Source: Acidimicrobiia bacterium (GTDB lineage Bacteria; Actinomycetota; Acidimicrobiia; IMCC26256; JBARPG01). Taken from it: a stretch of 24,968 bases of DNA. A program made the position numbers and the translations under genes. Shown here in pieces: positions 8,254 to 17,298 of the stretch. Below the pieces are notes generated by a model, which saw only the letters and a list, made by a program, of their open reading frames with translations, had not been told where the DNA came from and did no database searches. Where the stretch lies: contig JBARPG010000245.1 in the NCBI GenBank assembly GCA_049642885.1, positions 1 through 24,968 of the forward strand, written 5' to 3'. The stretch's first letter is position 1. Every line of letters begins with the position of its first letter.

Positions 8254-9921
8254 ATGATCCCGAACAACCATCTCATTCCGCGTCTCATTTCCGCTGCAAC
8301 TCCCGATACCGGAGTGCGATTCTTGGGGTCGACCGCGTCGGGCGGCAAGGAGCGCATCACCTGGGAACAACTCCATTTCGAAGCACGAGTTGTGGCGCAC
8401 CGTCTCCAAGCGCATGGCATCGGCCGGGGCACTCATGTTGCGATTCTCGGGCCCTCGACACGAGCACTTGTGACGGCGGTCCAAGGGCTCTGGCTGAGTG
8501 GAGCGACGGTCGTGCTCTTGCCGTTGCCGATGCGACTCGCATCGATCGAGGCGTTCGTGGAACAGACTCGCTCGCGCATTGCGAACGCTGACGCCCACTA
8601 TCTCCTCGTCGACGCCGATCTCGCACCGTTCGCCCCTGTCGTCGATGGGGTGACGCAGTTTGTTCTGACGGACCTCACTTCAAATCCCACCACCGCGGAA
8701 GCCGAGCGGTGGGTGGAACCAGAACTCGACGCGGAAGACATGGCGGTTCTGCAATTCACCTCAGGATCGACCTCCGCACCGAAGGGAGTCATGGTCCTCC
8801 ACCGCACGCTGCTCGCCAACCTCGACGGAGTCATGGCCGCGGCGAACGTGCAGGCAACCGATTCCGTCTGCCACTGGCTCCCCCTCTATCACGACATGGG
8901 TTTCATCGGGCTCACCACAATTCCCATGATCAGCGGGCTTGAGTTGGCACTCGCCGCACCTCAAGATTTTCTGGCAGCACCGGCGCGTTGGATGGAGTGG
9001 ATGTCAGAGACACGAGCCACGATCACCGCGGGTCCGAACTTCGCGTGGTCGCTTGGAGCACGAGCGCTTGCACGCTCCGAGAATCTCGATCTCTCCCACA
9101 TTCGCATCGCCCTCTCAGGAGCCGAGCCCGTCGACCCGGCGACGATTGAAAAGTTCTGCGCCGCTGCGGCACCCTTCGGCTTTGATGCATCATCCATCTT
9201 CCCGGCCTTTGGCATGGCCGAGACGATGATCGGCGCGACGTTTCCGCCCCGCGGCCGCGGGCTGATCGTCGATACGGTTGATACCCAGCAACTCGAACAC
9301 GATCGACTCGCGGTTCCGGTTGCGCATGGAGCAAACGTGACTCCGCGATCGCTTGTTCGGCTTGGCAAACCCATTCCTGGTTTGGAAATGCGCGTGGTGT
9401 GTCCCGAAACGGGCGCCGTACTTGGCGAGCGCGAGGTGGGCGAGCTCGAACTGTGTGGGACCTCCGTCACCCCGGGCTACTACAAGAATGAAGCAGCGAC
9501 ACGAGAGCGATTCCATGATGGGTGGCTCCGCACCGGCGACCTCGCATACCTCGCACATGGCGAGTTGGTCGTGTGTGGTCGTTTGAAAGACATGATCATC
9601 GTCGGCGGTCGTAACGTTTTCCCCGAAGACATCGAGCGGGCGGCGGGCACGGTCGGGGGCATCCGCACGGGAAATGTGATCGCGTTTGGGAACGTTGCGC
9701 GTTCGGGTCGCGAGTCGATTGTTGTCGTCGCTGAGACGCGCGGCGTCGACATTGACTTGGTGAAGGAAGAAGTGACAACCCAGGTCATCGACGCCGTTGG
9801 GTTGCCGCCGCACGATGTTGTGCTCGTTGAGCCCGGCACCTTGCCGAAGACCTCATCGGGCAAGCTTCAACGATCGCTCACGAAAGAGCAATGGCATCGA
9901 GACGAGCTCACCCGCGTGTGA
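8254..9921 (+). CDS. Fatty-acyl-AMP ligase (FAAL-type adenylate-forming enzyme), orphan (no adjacent PKS/NRPS/ACP)
   Basis: FAAL-diagnostic motifs LQFTSGSTSAPKGVMVLH, HWLPLYHDMGFIG (compare FadD32 WLPFYHDMGL) and the C-terminal LPKTSSGKLQR are present. There is an N-terminal ...ITWEQLHFEARVVAHRL segment. Confidence 0.85.
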   Translation: MIPNNHLIPRLISAATPDTGVRFLGSTASGGKERITWEQLHFEARVVAHRLQAHGIGRGTHVAILGPSTRALVTAVQGLWLSGATVVLLPLPMRLASIEAFVEQTRSRIANADAHYLLVDADLAPFAPVVDGVTQFVLTDLTSNPTTAEAERWVEPELDAEDMAVLQFTSGSTSAPKGVMVLHRTLLANLDGVMAAANVQATDSVCHWLPLYHDMGFIGLTTIPMISGLELALAAPQDFLAAPARWMEWMSETRATITAGPNFAWSLGARALARSENLDLSHIRIALSGAEPVDPATIEKFCAAAAPFGFDASSIFPAFGMAETMIGATFPPRGRGLIVDTVDTQQLEHDRLAVPVAHGANVTPRSLVRLGKPIPGLEMRVVCPETGAVLGEREVGELELCGTSVTPGYYKNEAATRERFHDGWLRTGDLAYLAHGELVVCGRLKDMIIVGGRNVFPEDIERAAGTVGGIRTGNVIAFGNVARSGRESIVVVAETRGVDIDLVKEEVTTQVIDAVGLPPHDVVLVEPGTLPKTSSGKLQRSLTKEQWHRDELTRV

Positions 9922-10698
9922 CATTGGGTCATAGCAGACGAGAGGCCAGGGCACGTCGCGATGATGACCGCTCGCCTCGGGGAACGATCCGCGTTCGAGG
10001 AGGGCTGCTGCTCGCATCGCCAGCGCATCGACTTCGAGCGAAGAAAGAAGTCCGTCGAAGCGTGCGTTGACGTTGTCTGAGTCGATGACGCGCTGGAGGG
10101 CTTCGCGTTCTGCATCGGTGAAGGCCTCGGACTGGAACTCCCAAATCACCGTTCTCAATTTCCATTGGATGTGAAAGGTGAGACCGTGGTCGATGCCGCG
10201 CAATCGCGAAAAGTCAGTCTCCTCCCCGCGCTCGATGATGATGTGCCCGCCCTTGCGATCGGTGTTGTTCGCGACTGCATCGAATAGTGCGAACTGGCGT
10301 AGCGGGGGATGCCATCGCTCATCATCACGGATGGTGAAGAAATGTTCGTCGGGTGCGTGGTCGACAAAACGTTGCACGGCACTCACGCCCCACGGCGTTT
10401 CGCGCAACACGGTTTCGGGCACGATGTCGACCCCCATCAGCGCGCTCAGCTGGTATGCGGCGGCCTCGCGCATGCAGAGCGTTCCGTCGGGAAAATCGGC
10501 GAGTGGTTGTTCGCCGGCGCGGGGCTTGCACATGGCCGTCACGATCATTCCGTTGTGTTCGAGTCGCGCAACGATGGCAGCGTTGGAGGACCAGGGAATC
10601 GCTCCGATGGCTTCGATCTCGCCGTGTGCGAGAACGTCGAGGGTGGTCGCCGTGTCGCGGTGCGGCTCAATATCGAACGGCCAGGTGCTCAGTTCCAT
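9853..10698 (-). CDS. SCO1664-family protein (TIGR03843-like; PI3/PI4-kinase-like fold)
   Basis: A catalytic-loop-like NNTDRKGGH and an IDHG (DFG-like) motif are present. The gene is the last member of a three-gene minus-strand unit with DUF3090 and a histidine phosphatase, with 10-nt and 4-nt overlaps. Its 3' end overlaps the convergent FAAL by 69 nt. Confidence 0.6.
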   Translation of the reverse strand: MELSTWPFDIEPHRDTATTLDVLAHGEIEAIGAIPWSSNAAIVARLEHNGMIVTAMCKPRAGEQPLADFPDGTLCMREAAAYQLSALMGVDIVPETVLRETPWGVSAVQRFVDHAPDEHFFTIRDDERWHPPLRQFALFDAVANNTDRKGGHIIIERGEETDFSRLRGIDHGLTFHIQWKLRTVIWEFQSEAFTDAEREALQRVIDSDNVNARFDGLLSSLEVDALAMRAAALLERGSFPEASGHHRDVPWPLVCYDPMSHAGELVSMPLLFRERSLKLAR

Positions 10699-11201
10699 TT
10701 CGGGCAGATGTGTTCGCCAGGGTTCATTGGCATCTCACACCATTCACAGAGGGGCCGGCCGGAGGTGACCGCGTCGAGGCCCGCCACGCATGCAGCCCGG
10801 AGCTGTTCCTTTGAGGCGTAGAGGCGCACAACCCAGCCTTCGGCGTCTTCGTCTTCGGGTTCTTCATCTTCGACTGCGAACTCCCTGAGTTCAATCAGTA
10901 GCCGTTGCCGGGTGGGGTCGTAGCCCATGCCGACGGCTCGGGCACGAAAGGTTGCAATCGCCGGTTCCTGAATACTGGCGTCGATGTCCTCGCCGCTGGT
11001 GACCACGCCTTCATCGCTGTCAATGCGGTCGAGGACGGTGAGGGCCTCAGCGGCCATAACGGCGACCTGTTGTTTTTCGAGGAGCACAGTGATTTGCGCG
11101 TCGCCTCGGCGAGCTTGGAGGAAGAATTCGCGTTGGCCCGGTTCGCCAATTGCGCCAGCCGCGAGGCGGTCGACGGGGTCGAATTCGAGAACGTCGCTCA
11201 T
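10689..11201 (-). CDS. DUF3090-family protein (TIGR03847-like), acidic, with C-terminal Cys/His motif
   Basis: The 170-aa product carries the C-terminal motif LCEWCEMPMNPGEHICP and an acidic tract EDEEPEDEDAEG. It shares an ATGA overlap with the upstream phosphatase gene. Confidence 0.65.
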   Translation of the reverse strand: MSDVLEFDPVDRLAAGAIGEPGQREFFLQARRGDAQITVLLEKQQVAVMAAEALTVLDRIDSDEGVVTSGEDIDASIQEPAIATFRARAVGMGYDPTRQRLLIELREFAVEDEEPEDEDAEGWVVRLYASKEQLRAACVAGLDAVTSGRPLCEWCEMPMNPGEHICPKWN

Positions 11202-11866
11202 CGCCCTGCGACCGATTCTGCGGTGACGTTCATTGAAACGATGCGCGGGAGACCGTGATGCATGTCGATGCGCGTGAGCGAGGCGGGCGCAATGTCGATG
11301 CGCTGGAACTGGTCGAGGTGCATTCCGAGTGCGTGTGCGATATATGACTTGATTGGGTCGGCGTGGCTCACGAGCACAATTGTCTCATTTGCATGTGCTG
11401 CTGCGAGGCGCGGGATCGCTTCGATGATGCGGTTCTGCATGGCGCGCATCGTCTCGCCACCAGGGAATGCCGCGTGTGATGGCGCCCGTTGGATGAGCGG
11501 CCACTCGGGAGCTTTGCGGAGTTGAGCGAGTTTCTTGCCCGACCAGTCGCCGTAGTCGGCTTCAAGGAGGCCCTTGTCTTTCTTTACACGGAGTTGATGG
11601 GCGGCAGCGGCGATGATCGTTGCCGTTTCAACCGTGCGTTCGATGGGCGATGAGTAGACGGCCGCGATGCTGAGTGTCCCGAGTGCATCGGCCATGGCGA
11701 GAGCTTCCTTGCGGCCTTTGGCTGAGAGCGGGATTCCCGGAAGGCGCCCCGAAAGGGTCTTTCCCGTTTCAGCGGTCGATGCATGGCGGATGAGGAGGAT
11801 ACGAGTCACGGCCGAGAGTGTACGGGCGGGCGATCTCCAAGCGACGTCGAGGGAGTGCCCGGGCAT
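11198..11866 (-). CDS. Histidine phosphatase superfamily (phosphoglycerate-mutase-like; MSMEG_4193/TIGR03848-type)
   Basis: An RHG catalytic motif sits at the N-terminus (LLIRHASTAETG), and LVSHADPIK is typical of branch-1 histidine phosphatases. The true start may be the GTG at 11809 (VTRILLIRHA). Confidence 0.8.
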   Translation of the reverse strand: MPGHSLDVAWRSPARTLSAVTRILLIRHASTAETGKTLSGRLPGIPLSAKGRKEALAMADALGTLSIAAVYSSPIERTVETATIIAAAAHQLRVKKDKGLLEADYGDWSGKKLAQLRKAPEWPLIQRAPSHAAFPGGETMRAMQNRIIEAIPRLAAAHANETIVLVSHADPIKSYIAHALGMHLDQFQRIDIAPASLTRIDMHHGLPRIVSMNVTAESVAGR

Positions 11867-11885
11867 TTGTGCTCAACTACGGCCC

Positions 11886-12293
11886 ATGACTGACGTGCAC
11901 CTCACCCCGAAACCACCTGAATCAATCCTCTCCGAGGAGCCCCCCGCAATCGCCGAGGCGATCAGCGACGCGGCGGGTGAACGCGCCGCCCTCGAAGCGA
12001 TTGCCGCCACCTACCCCCGCTCCATGCAGGTCTGGGCTGCACTCGCGACCACTGCACCCACAACGATTGAGCGATACGCCTTCGCGCGAGTTGGATATCA
12101 CCGCGGCCTTGATCGCCTCCGCGCCGAAGGATGGCGAGGCGTTGGATACGTACGGTATGAACACCCCTCGAACCGCGGCTTCCTCGACTGCCTCCGCCAA
12201 CTCCAGACAGCGTCTGACGAAATCGGTGAGACCGACGAAGCCCAGCGCTGCGCGGACTTCCTCCGCCAACTCGACCCCGAGCATCGCCAATAA
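11886..12293 (+). CDS. Conserved actinobacterial hypothetical protein (possibly DUF3151-like), 135 aa
   Basis: The track ORF 11667..12293 overlaps the phosphatase gene. The internal ATG at 11886 (MTDVHLTPKPP...) gives a non-overlapping 135-aa product divergent from the trio. Family assignment is from memory only. Confidence 0.5.
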   Translation: MTDVHLTPKPPESILSEEPPAIAEAISDAAGERAALEAIAATYPRSMQVWAALATTAPTTIERYAFARVGYHRGLDRLRAEGWRGVGYVRYEHPSNRGFLDCLRQLQTASDEIGETDEAQRCADFLRQLDPEHRQ

Positions 12294-12325
12294 CGCCAAC
12301 AACCCAGGCTCGCTAGGGTCGAAAC

Positions 12326-13027
12326 ATGCCAGAGCCAGCAACCGCCAGCCCGGCCGCCCTCGTCGAGAGCATCACCTCAGCACTGCGTAACGCGGGCGAC
12401 CCGACCCGCGCCGAACAGGAACGCCGCTACCTCAAATCGGATCGCACCTTCGCCGGATGCTCCGTCCCAGCATGTCGCCGCATCGTCCGTGCTGCAACGA
12501 AGCAGCACTCGCCACTTACCCACGACGAACTCATCGCCACGGTCGACCTTCTCTGGAACGGCCCGTTCTTCGAAACCCGACGGGCGGCCGTTGAAATCGC
12601 CGTCACCCACGCTCGCCTCCTGACACACCATGACCTTCCGTGGCTGCACGACCTCATTACCCACGGCGAAACCTGGGCCATCGTCGATGAACTCGCGGCA
12701 CGCGTGCTCGGCTCCATCTTCGACCACGATCCAACCAACACCGCTCCCGTGCTCGCAACATGGGCCACCGACCCCGCCTTTTGGGTGCGACGCTCCGTGC
12801 TCCTCGCACACCTCCTCGGCCTCCGCTCCGGCAATGGCGACTGGCCGAGTTTCACCCACTACGCCGAGACGATGCTCGACGAAAAGGAGTTCTTCATCCG
12901 CAAAGCAATCGGCTGGGTGCTCCGCGAAACATCGAAGAAACGCCCCGAACTCGTCCGCGACTGGGTCACCCCACGACTCGATCGCATGTCGGGCGTGACC
13001 CGCCGCGAAGCCACCCGGTATCTCTAA
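12326..13027 (+). CDS. DNA alkylation repair enzyme (AlkD/AlkC-like HEAT-repeat glycosylase family)
   Basis: A C-terminal KEFFIRKAIGWVLRE block and several W/helix repeats are typical of PF08713. Confidence 0.75.
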   Translation: MPEPATASPAALVESITSALRNAGDPTRAEQERRYLKSDRTFAGCSVPACRRIVRAATKQHSPLTHDELIATVDLLWNGPFFETRRAAVEIAVTHARLLTHHDLPWLHDLITHGETWAIVDELAARVLGSIFDHDPTNTAPVLATWATDPAFWVRRSVLLAHLLGLRSGNGDWPSFTHYAETMLDEKEFFIRKAIGWVLRETSKKRPELVRDWVTPRLDRMSGVTRREATRYL

Positions 13028-13044
13028 ACCGGATATCTGTAGAA

Positions 13045-13066
13045 CCACGCCCGCCAACTAGCGTGG
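13045..13066 (+). terminator. Possible stem-loop (CCACGC-N10-GCGTGG) between the alkD-like gene and gmd
   Basis: A 6-bp GC stem sits 18 nt after the stop. There is no U-tract. Confidence 0.2.
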
Positions 13067-13091
13067 GCCACTTACCTGCTCTGGAGAAGGC

Positions 13092-14084
13092 ATGAAACGC
13101 GCACTCGTTACTGGAATCACCGGCCAAGACGGCCGCCACCTCGCCGAACTGCTCATTGGCAAGGGCTACCAAGTCACCGGCATGATCCGTGGACAGAACA
13201 ACCCGAAGGCCGAAATGGTGCAGGAAGAAATCCCTGGCCTCGAGCTCATCGGCGGCGACCTCCAAGACCTCTCCTCGCTCATCGCCGCCATCGAACAGGT
13301 GCAGCCCGATGAGGTGTACAACCTCGGTGCCATCTCCTTCGTGCAGCTCTCCTTCAAACAGCCTGAACTCACCGGCGACATCACTGGTCTGGGTGTGCTC
13401 CGCATGCTCGAAGCCGTCCGCATCGTCGGCGGTATGCAGAACAACCCGATCCGCTTCTATCAAGCATCCTCCTCTGAGATGTTTGGCAAGGTTCGCGAGA
13501 CCCCACAGACCGAGCTCACTCCTTTCCACCCGCGCTCGCCCTATGGCGTCGCGAAGGTCTTCGGCCACTACATGACGATGAACTACCGGGAGTCCTACGA
13601 CCTCCACGCCAGCTCGGGCATTCTCTTCAACCACGAAGGCCCCAAGCGCGGGATCGAATTCGTCACTCGCAAGATCACCAACTCCCTCGCACGCATCAAG
13701 CTCGGCGTCCAAGATTCCATTTCCCTCGGCAACCTCGACGCCAAGCGCGATTGGGGTTACGCCGGCGACTACGTCGACGCGATGTGGCGCATGCTGCAAC
13801 AAGATGAGCCCGAGGACTACGTGGTCGCGACCGGGGAAACGCATTCGATCGGCGAATTCCTCGAAGTGGCATTTCGTCTCGCCGGGTACGACGACTGGAC
13901 CCCATACGTGCAGCACGACACACGCTTTGATCGTCCCGCCGAAGTGGACCTGCTCATCGGTGATCCTGCAAAGGCCGAACAGAACCTTGGATGGAAGCCC
14001 ACCGTTGGTTTCGAAGAACTTGTCCGCATGATGTACGAACACGATCTCGAACTGGAAAGCCGCAAACTCGCTGCTCGTTCGTAG
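13092..14084 (+). CDS. gmd: GDP-mannose 4,6-dehydratase
   Basis: [27 protein letters not shown] is a Rossmann GxxGxxG motif. The SDR YxxxK ([11 protein letters not shown]) and the NHEGPKRG motif are present. The SD GGAGAAGG precedes the ATG. Confidence 0.9.
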   Translation: MKRALVTGITGQDGRHLAELLIGKGYQVTGMIRGQNNPKAEMVQEEIPGLELIGGDLQDLSSLIAAIEQVQPDEVYNLGAISFVQLSFKQPELTGDITGLGVLRMLEAVRIVGGMQNNPIRFYQASSSEMFGKVRETPQTELTPFHPRSPYGVAKVFGHYMTMNYRESYDLHASSGILFNHEGPKRGIEFVTRKITNSLARIKLGVQDSISLGNLDAKRDWGYAGDYVDAMWRMLQQDEPEDYVVATGETHSIGEFLEVAFRLAGYDDWTPYVQHDTRFDRPAEVDLLIGDPAKAEQNLGWKPTVGFEELVRMMYEHDLELESRKLAARS

Positions 14085-14087
14085 GGC

Positions 14088-14510
14088 TTAGTCCCGCTCT
14101 TCGCGGGCACGATCAACTTCAACGTATCGACGCGATTTCGCCGCGGCCACCGCAGTTGCCTCGTCGACCTGGCGGTTCGCGGTGTCGACATGAACCACGA
14201 CGGGCTTGTAGCTGCGCAAGGCCGCTTCGTATTGCGCGTACGAAATGATGATCACAAGATCGCCCACCGACACCTTGTGCGCCGCAGCCCCATTCAGGCA
14301 GATCTCACCAGGATCGCCGGGAAGCGCGTAGGTGATGAGACGGTTCCCGTTCGCAATGTTGACAACGTGCACCTGCTCGCCCTCGGCGATATCGGCAGCA
14401 CGGAGCAACTCGGGATCAATCGACACCGACCCCACGTAATTGAGATCGGCACGGGTCACCGTGGCTCGATGAATCTTCGACTTCAACATTGTTCGATATA
14501 CGGCAGTCAT
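14088..14510 (-). CDS. panD: Aspartate 1-decarboxylase
   Basis: [14 protein letters not shown]...YVGSVSID...GEQV.V.NI.NG.R..TYAL is classic PanD, including the Gly-Ser processing site. AAGGAGG lies 4 nt upstream of the ATG at 14510. The ATG overlaps the TGA of the upstream MMPL gene (ATGA). Confidence 0.9.
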   Translation of the reverse strand: MTAVYRTMLKSKIHRATVTRADLNYVGSVSIDPELLRAADIAEGEQVHVVNIANGNRLITYALPGDPGEICLNGAAAHKVSVGDLVIIISYAQYEAALRSYKPVVVHVDTANRQVDEATAVAAAKSRRYVEVDRAREERD

Positions 14511-16723
14511 CACGCCTCCTTGCGCTGCGCACCCTCACGTAACTCGTGCACGTGCTCAAGCGCTTGGTGCCCCTCAACGTCGAGTTGGGGCAGGATGCGG
14601 TCAAGCCACTTTGGAATCCACCAGTTCTTGTCGCCCAACAGCTGCATGGTCGCGGGCACGAGCAACATACGGACAACCGTCGCGTCCAAGAACACAGCAA
14701 CAGAAAGGCCGAGGCCCATGAGTTTGATGGGCCGAGAGTCACCCAGCACGAAACTCAAGAACACGAGCACCATGATCGTTGCCGCCGCCGTGATGACCCG
14801 TGCAGTCGAGGCCAAACCTTCGACAACTGCGACGCTGTTGTCGCGATGCTTGTCGTATTCCTCGCGCACCTTGGACAGCAGGAACACTTCGTAGTCCATC
14901 GAAAGACCAAAGACGATGGCAAACAGCATCATCGGTGCCCACGGTTCAATGGGCCCGGTGCCGTGCAGGCCCAACAGGCTCTGCCCCCATCCCCATTGGA
15001 ATACGGCGACGACCACGCCATATGCACCACCGATCGACAGCAGGTTCATGATCACCGCCTTCAACGGGACAAGCACGGAACGGAAGACCGCCATCAACAA
15101 CAAGAAGCTCAATAACAGCACCGCTCCGATGAAGTAGAGCAAGCGACTGCCGATGATGCGCGCAAAGTCACCATTCGCCGCGGTGACCCCACCCACTGAG
15201 AAATGCATTCCCGTCGTGGATTTCACCTTCGGCACAATCTCACTTCGGAGTCGCTCGACCAGATTTTGCGTCGCAGCATCTTGCGGCGAAGTCTTCGCGA
15301 TCACGCGAAATACCGGGGGAATGCTCCGCACCGTTTCCTCCGGCGCGAGGGTGAGCAGTTTGGGATCGGGCAGCACCCGCGCCACCCCAGGATCTGCAGC
15401 AAGCATTTCGCCTGCCCGCACCAACGCATCCTTCGAAGTTTGACGTGTATCGCTCACGACGAGCAACGGACCCACAAATCCAGGACCGAAGCCATCGGAG
15501 AGCAAGTCGTATGCGCGTCGAGTGGTTGTGTCGCGAGGACCAACGCCATCGTCCGAGGCGCCGACACGCAGTGACAACGTCGGGATCGACAACAACAGAA
15601 GGAACGCGGTCGCGCCAATCGTCGCGACCCAGGCGTGGCGCTGGAGGAAGCGGCTCCAACGATGCCAAATATTTTCCTGATCGGGGTGCTTGCCGCCAAT
15701 GGGGAGCCGCCAACGATCGATGTTGCGACCAACGCGCGATCCGAGCAGCGCCGGCAACAGCGTCAGCGAAGCGATGACCATGACCGTGACGCTCATGGCG
15801 GCACCGACCGACAGGCCGTTGACGAAATCCATCCCCATCAGAAACATTCCAAGGAGGGAGATCACCACGGTGATGCCCGCGAACAGCACAGCTCTCCCGG
15901 CAGTCGCGATCGCTTCCACCGTCGCGTCGAGCGGATCGCTGCCGCGGGTGCGAGCGTCTCGGTAGCGCGTGACAATGAACAATGCGTAGTCAATGCCAAC
16001 ACCAATGCCGATCATTCCCGCGAGCTGCGTTGTGAACTCGGGCATGCCCACCACTTGGGAGAGCAGTTGGATAAGCGCGGCACCAACACCGATCCCAAAG
16101 ATCGCTGTGAAAATGGGGAGACCGGCCGCAACGAGGGAACCGAATGCAACGAGCAGAATGAAAATCGCCGCGATCAAACCGAGGATTTCCGAAGGCGGAA
16201 ACTTCACCGATTGGAAGGGATAACCCGAGAACTCGACGGTAATTTTCGACCGGAGGTCTTTCGCCGCATCGACAACAGGCGGGCCGAGTTTCGCCATATT
16301 GCCCGTACCGCCCGGAACGAATGAGATCGTCGCGTAGGCCGTTTTCGCGGTTGCCGCGCCGTTGTCAGAGATTTGCCCGGTTCCTTCGATTCCAAAGGGC
16401 GACACGACTTTCGAAATCCGCAGATCTGGCTTGCGCGCGATTGAGTCGAGAAACTTCGAGATTTCGGCTTCATGGGACCCGATCGCATCCTTCGACTGAA
16501 ACACGATCGTGCTCTGCGAGAAGTCGCCCTGGCCACCCTTTTTGAAAATCTTCGCGAGCGCTTCTTGAGCCTTCTGCGAATCGGTTCCGGCCAGGCGACC
16601 TTGGCGTAACCAACTTTCGCTCGTCGTTCCAGCAAACGCGGTCAGCGCGATGAGTAACACGAGCCATATCGCAGCGACAATCCTGCGACGGCGAAAACAG
16701 AACGCGGCGATATCAGCCAGCAT
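14510..16723 (-). CDS. MMPL-family (RND superfamily) membrane transporter
   Basis: The 737-aa product has 12-TM architecture with two periplasmic loops and an MMPL-like N-terminus ([16 protein letters not shown]...). GGAG lies 5 nt upstream of the ATG at 16723. Confidence 0.85.
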   Translation of the reverse strand: MLADIAAFCFRRRRIVAAIWLVLLIALTAFAGTTSESWLRQGRLAGTDSQKAQEALAKIFKKGGQGDFSQSTIVFQSKDAIGSHEAEISKFLDSIARKPDLRISKVVSPFGIEGTGQISDNGAATAKTAYATISFVPGGTGNMAKLGPPVVDAAKDLRSKITVEFSGYPFQSVKFPPSEILGLIAAIFILLVAFGSLVAAGLPIFTAIFGIGVGAALIQLLSQVVGMPEFTTQLAGMIGIGVGIDYALFIVTRYRDARTRGSDPLDATVEAIATAGRAVLFAGITVVISLLGMFLMGMDFVNGLSVGAAMSVTVMVIASLTLLPALLGSRVGRNIDRWRLPIGGKHPDQENIWHRWSRFLQRHAWVATIGATAFLLLLSIPTLSLRVGASDDGVGPRDTTTRRAYDLLSDGFGPGFVGPLLVVSDTRQTSKDALVRAGEMLAADPGVARVLPDPKLLTLAPEETVRSIPPVFRVIAKTSPQDAATQNLVERLRSEIVPKVKSTTGMHFSVGGVTAANGDFARIIGSRLLYFIGAVLLLSFLLLMAVFRSVLVPLKAVIMNLLSIGGAYGVVVAVFQWGWGQSLLGLHGTGPIEPWAPMMLFAIVFGLSMDYEVFLLSKVREEYDKHRDNSVAVVEGLASTARVITAAATIMVLVFLSFVLGDSRPIKLMGLGLSVAVFLDATVVRMLLVPATMQLLGDKNWWIPKWLDRILPQLDVEGHQALEHVHELREGAQRKEA
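14515..14521 (-). promoter_or_regulatory. Shine-Dalgarno AAGGAGG for panD, embedded in the 3' end of the MMPL gene
   Basis: The minus-strand sequence reads aaggaggcgtgATGactgcc. Confidence 0.6.
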
Positions 16724-16791
16724 GAAAACTCCAAAGGGGGGTGGGTGTTTTGAGAGACCCTACTGAGCCCGATTCCCGGTAGCCTGGCGCA

Positions 16792-17298
16792 GTGACAACT
16801 CCGCGTGTTGGCGTGATTATGGGCAGCGATTCTGACCTTCCCACGATGGAGCCCGCGCTCGACGTGCTGGAGACCTTCGGGATCGCTCATGAGGTTCGAA
16901 TCGTGTCTGCGCATCGCACTCCAGAGTGGTTGATGGAATATGCACAGACCGCGGTTGGGCGAGGGATTGAAGTCATCATCGCTGGTGCTGGTGGCGCCGC
17001 GCATTTGCCCGGCATGGTTGCGTCAATGACGCGGCTTCCCGTGGTTGGGGTCCCGGTGCCGCTTGCGCATATGGACGGGATGGATTCCCTACTCTCCATC
17101 GTGCAGATGCCTGCTGGTGTGCCGGTCGCGACGGTCGGCGTTGGCAATGCCCGCAATGCGGGACTCCTCGCTGCACGGATTCTCGGCGTGGCCGATGAAG
17201 CGATCGCGAAGCAGCTCGACCTCTTGCGAGATGACACGGCGCGGGTCGTGCTCGAAAAGGACAATGCGCTTCAGTCGCGAACGGAGCGAAGCACATGA
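16792..17298 (+). CDS. purE: N5-carboxyaminoimidazole ribonucleotide mutase
   Basis: [14 protein letters not shown]...[16 protein letters not shown]...VPV are PurE signature motifs. It has a GTG start at 16792, with an ATG alternative at 16819. Confidence 0.9.
   Translation: MTTPRVGVIMGSDSDLPTMEPALDVLETFGIAHEVRIVSAHRTPEWLMEYAQTAVGRGIEVIIAGAGGAAHLPGMVASMTRLPVVGVPVPLAHMDGMDSLLSIVQMPAGVPVATVGVGNARNAGLLAARILGVADEAIAKQLDLLRDDTARVVLEKDNALQSRTERST

Noticed and set aside
8961-9813. Minus-strand ORFs (169 aa and 207 aa) antisense to the FAAL
   Set aside because: The FAAL frame carries all the adenylation motifs, and the antisense products are Ser/Arg-rich.
12377-13057. 226-aa minus-strand ORF antisense to the AlkD-like gene
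   Set aside because: The sense strand carries conserved family motifs (KEFFIRKAIGWVLRE). The antisense product is Gly/Ala/Val-rich with no family.
12966-14042. 358-aa minus-strand ORF covering the gmd locus
   Set aside because: It is antisense to an unmistakable GDP-mannose 4,6-dehydratase and has no recognisable motifs. It is a typical high-GC antisense open frame.
15635-16324. 229-aa plus-strand ORF (and 14546..15115) antisense to the MMPL gene
   Set aside because: They have an Arg/His/Asp/Glu-rich composition with no TM segments or motifs. The MMPL frame is continuous over 737 codons.
16724-16791. G-run (aaagggggggtgggtg) between the MMPL and purE starts as a possible G-quadruplex or attenuator
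   Set aside because: There are only three G-tracts and no fourth run. It is more simply the C-rich region upstream of the MMPL RBS.
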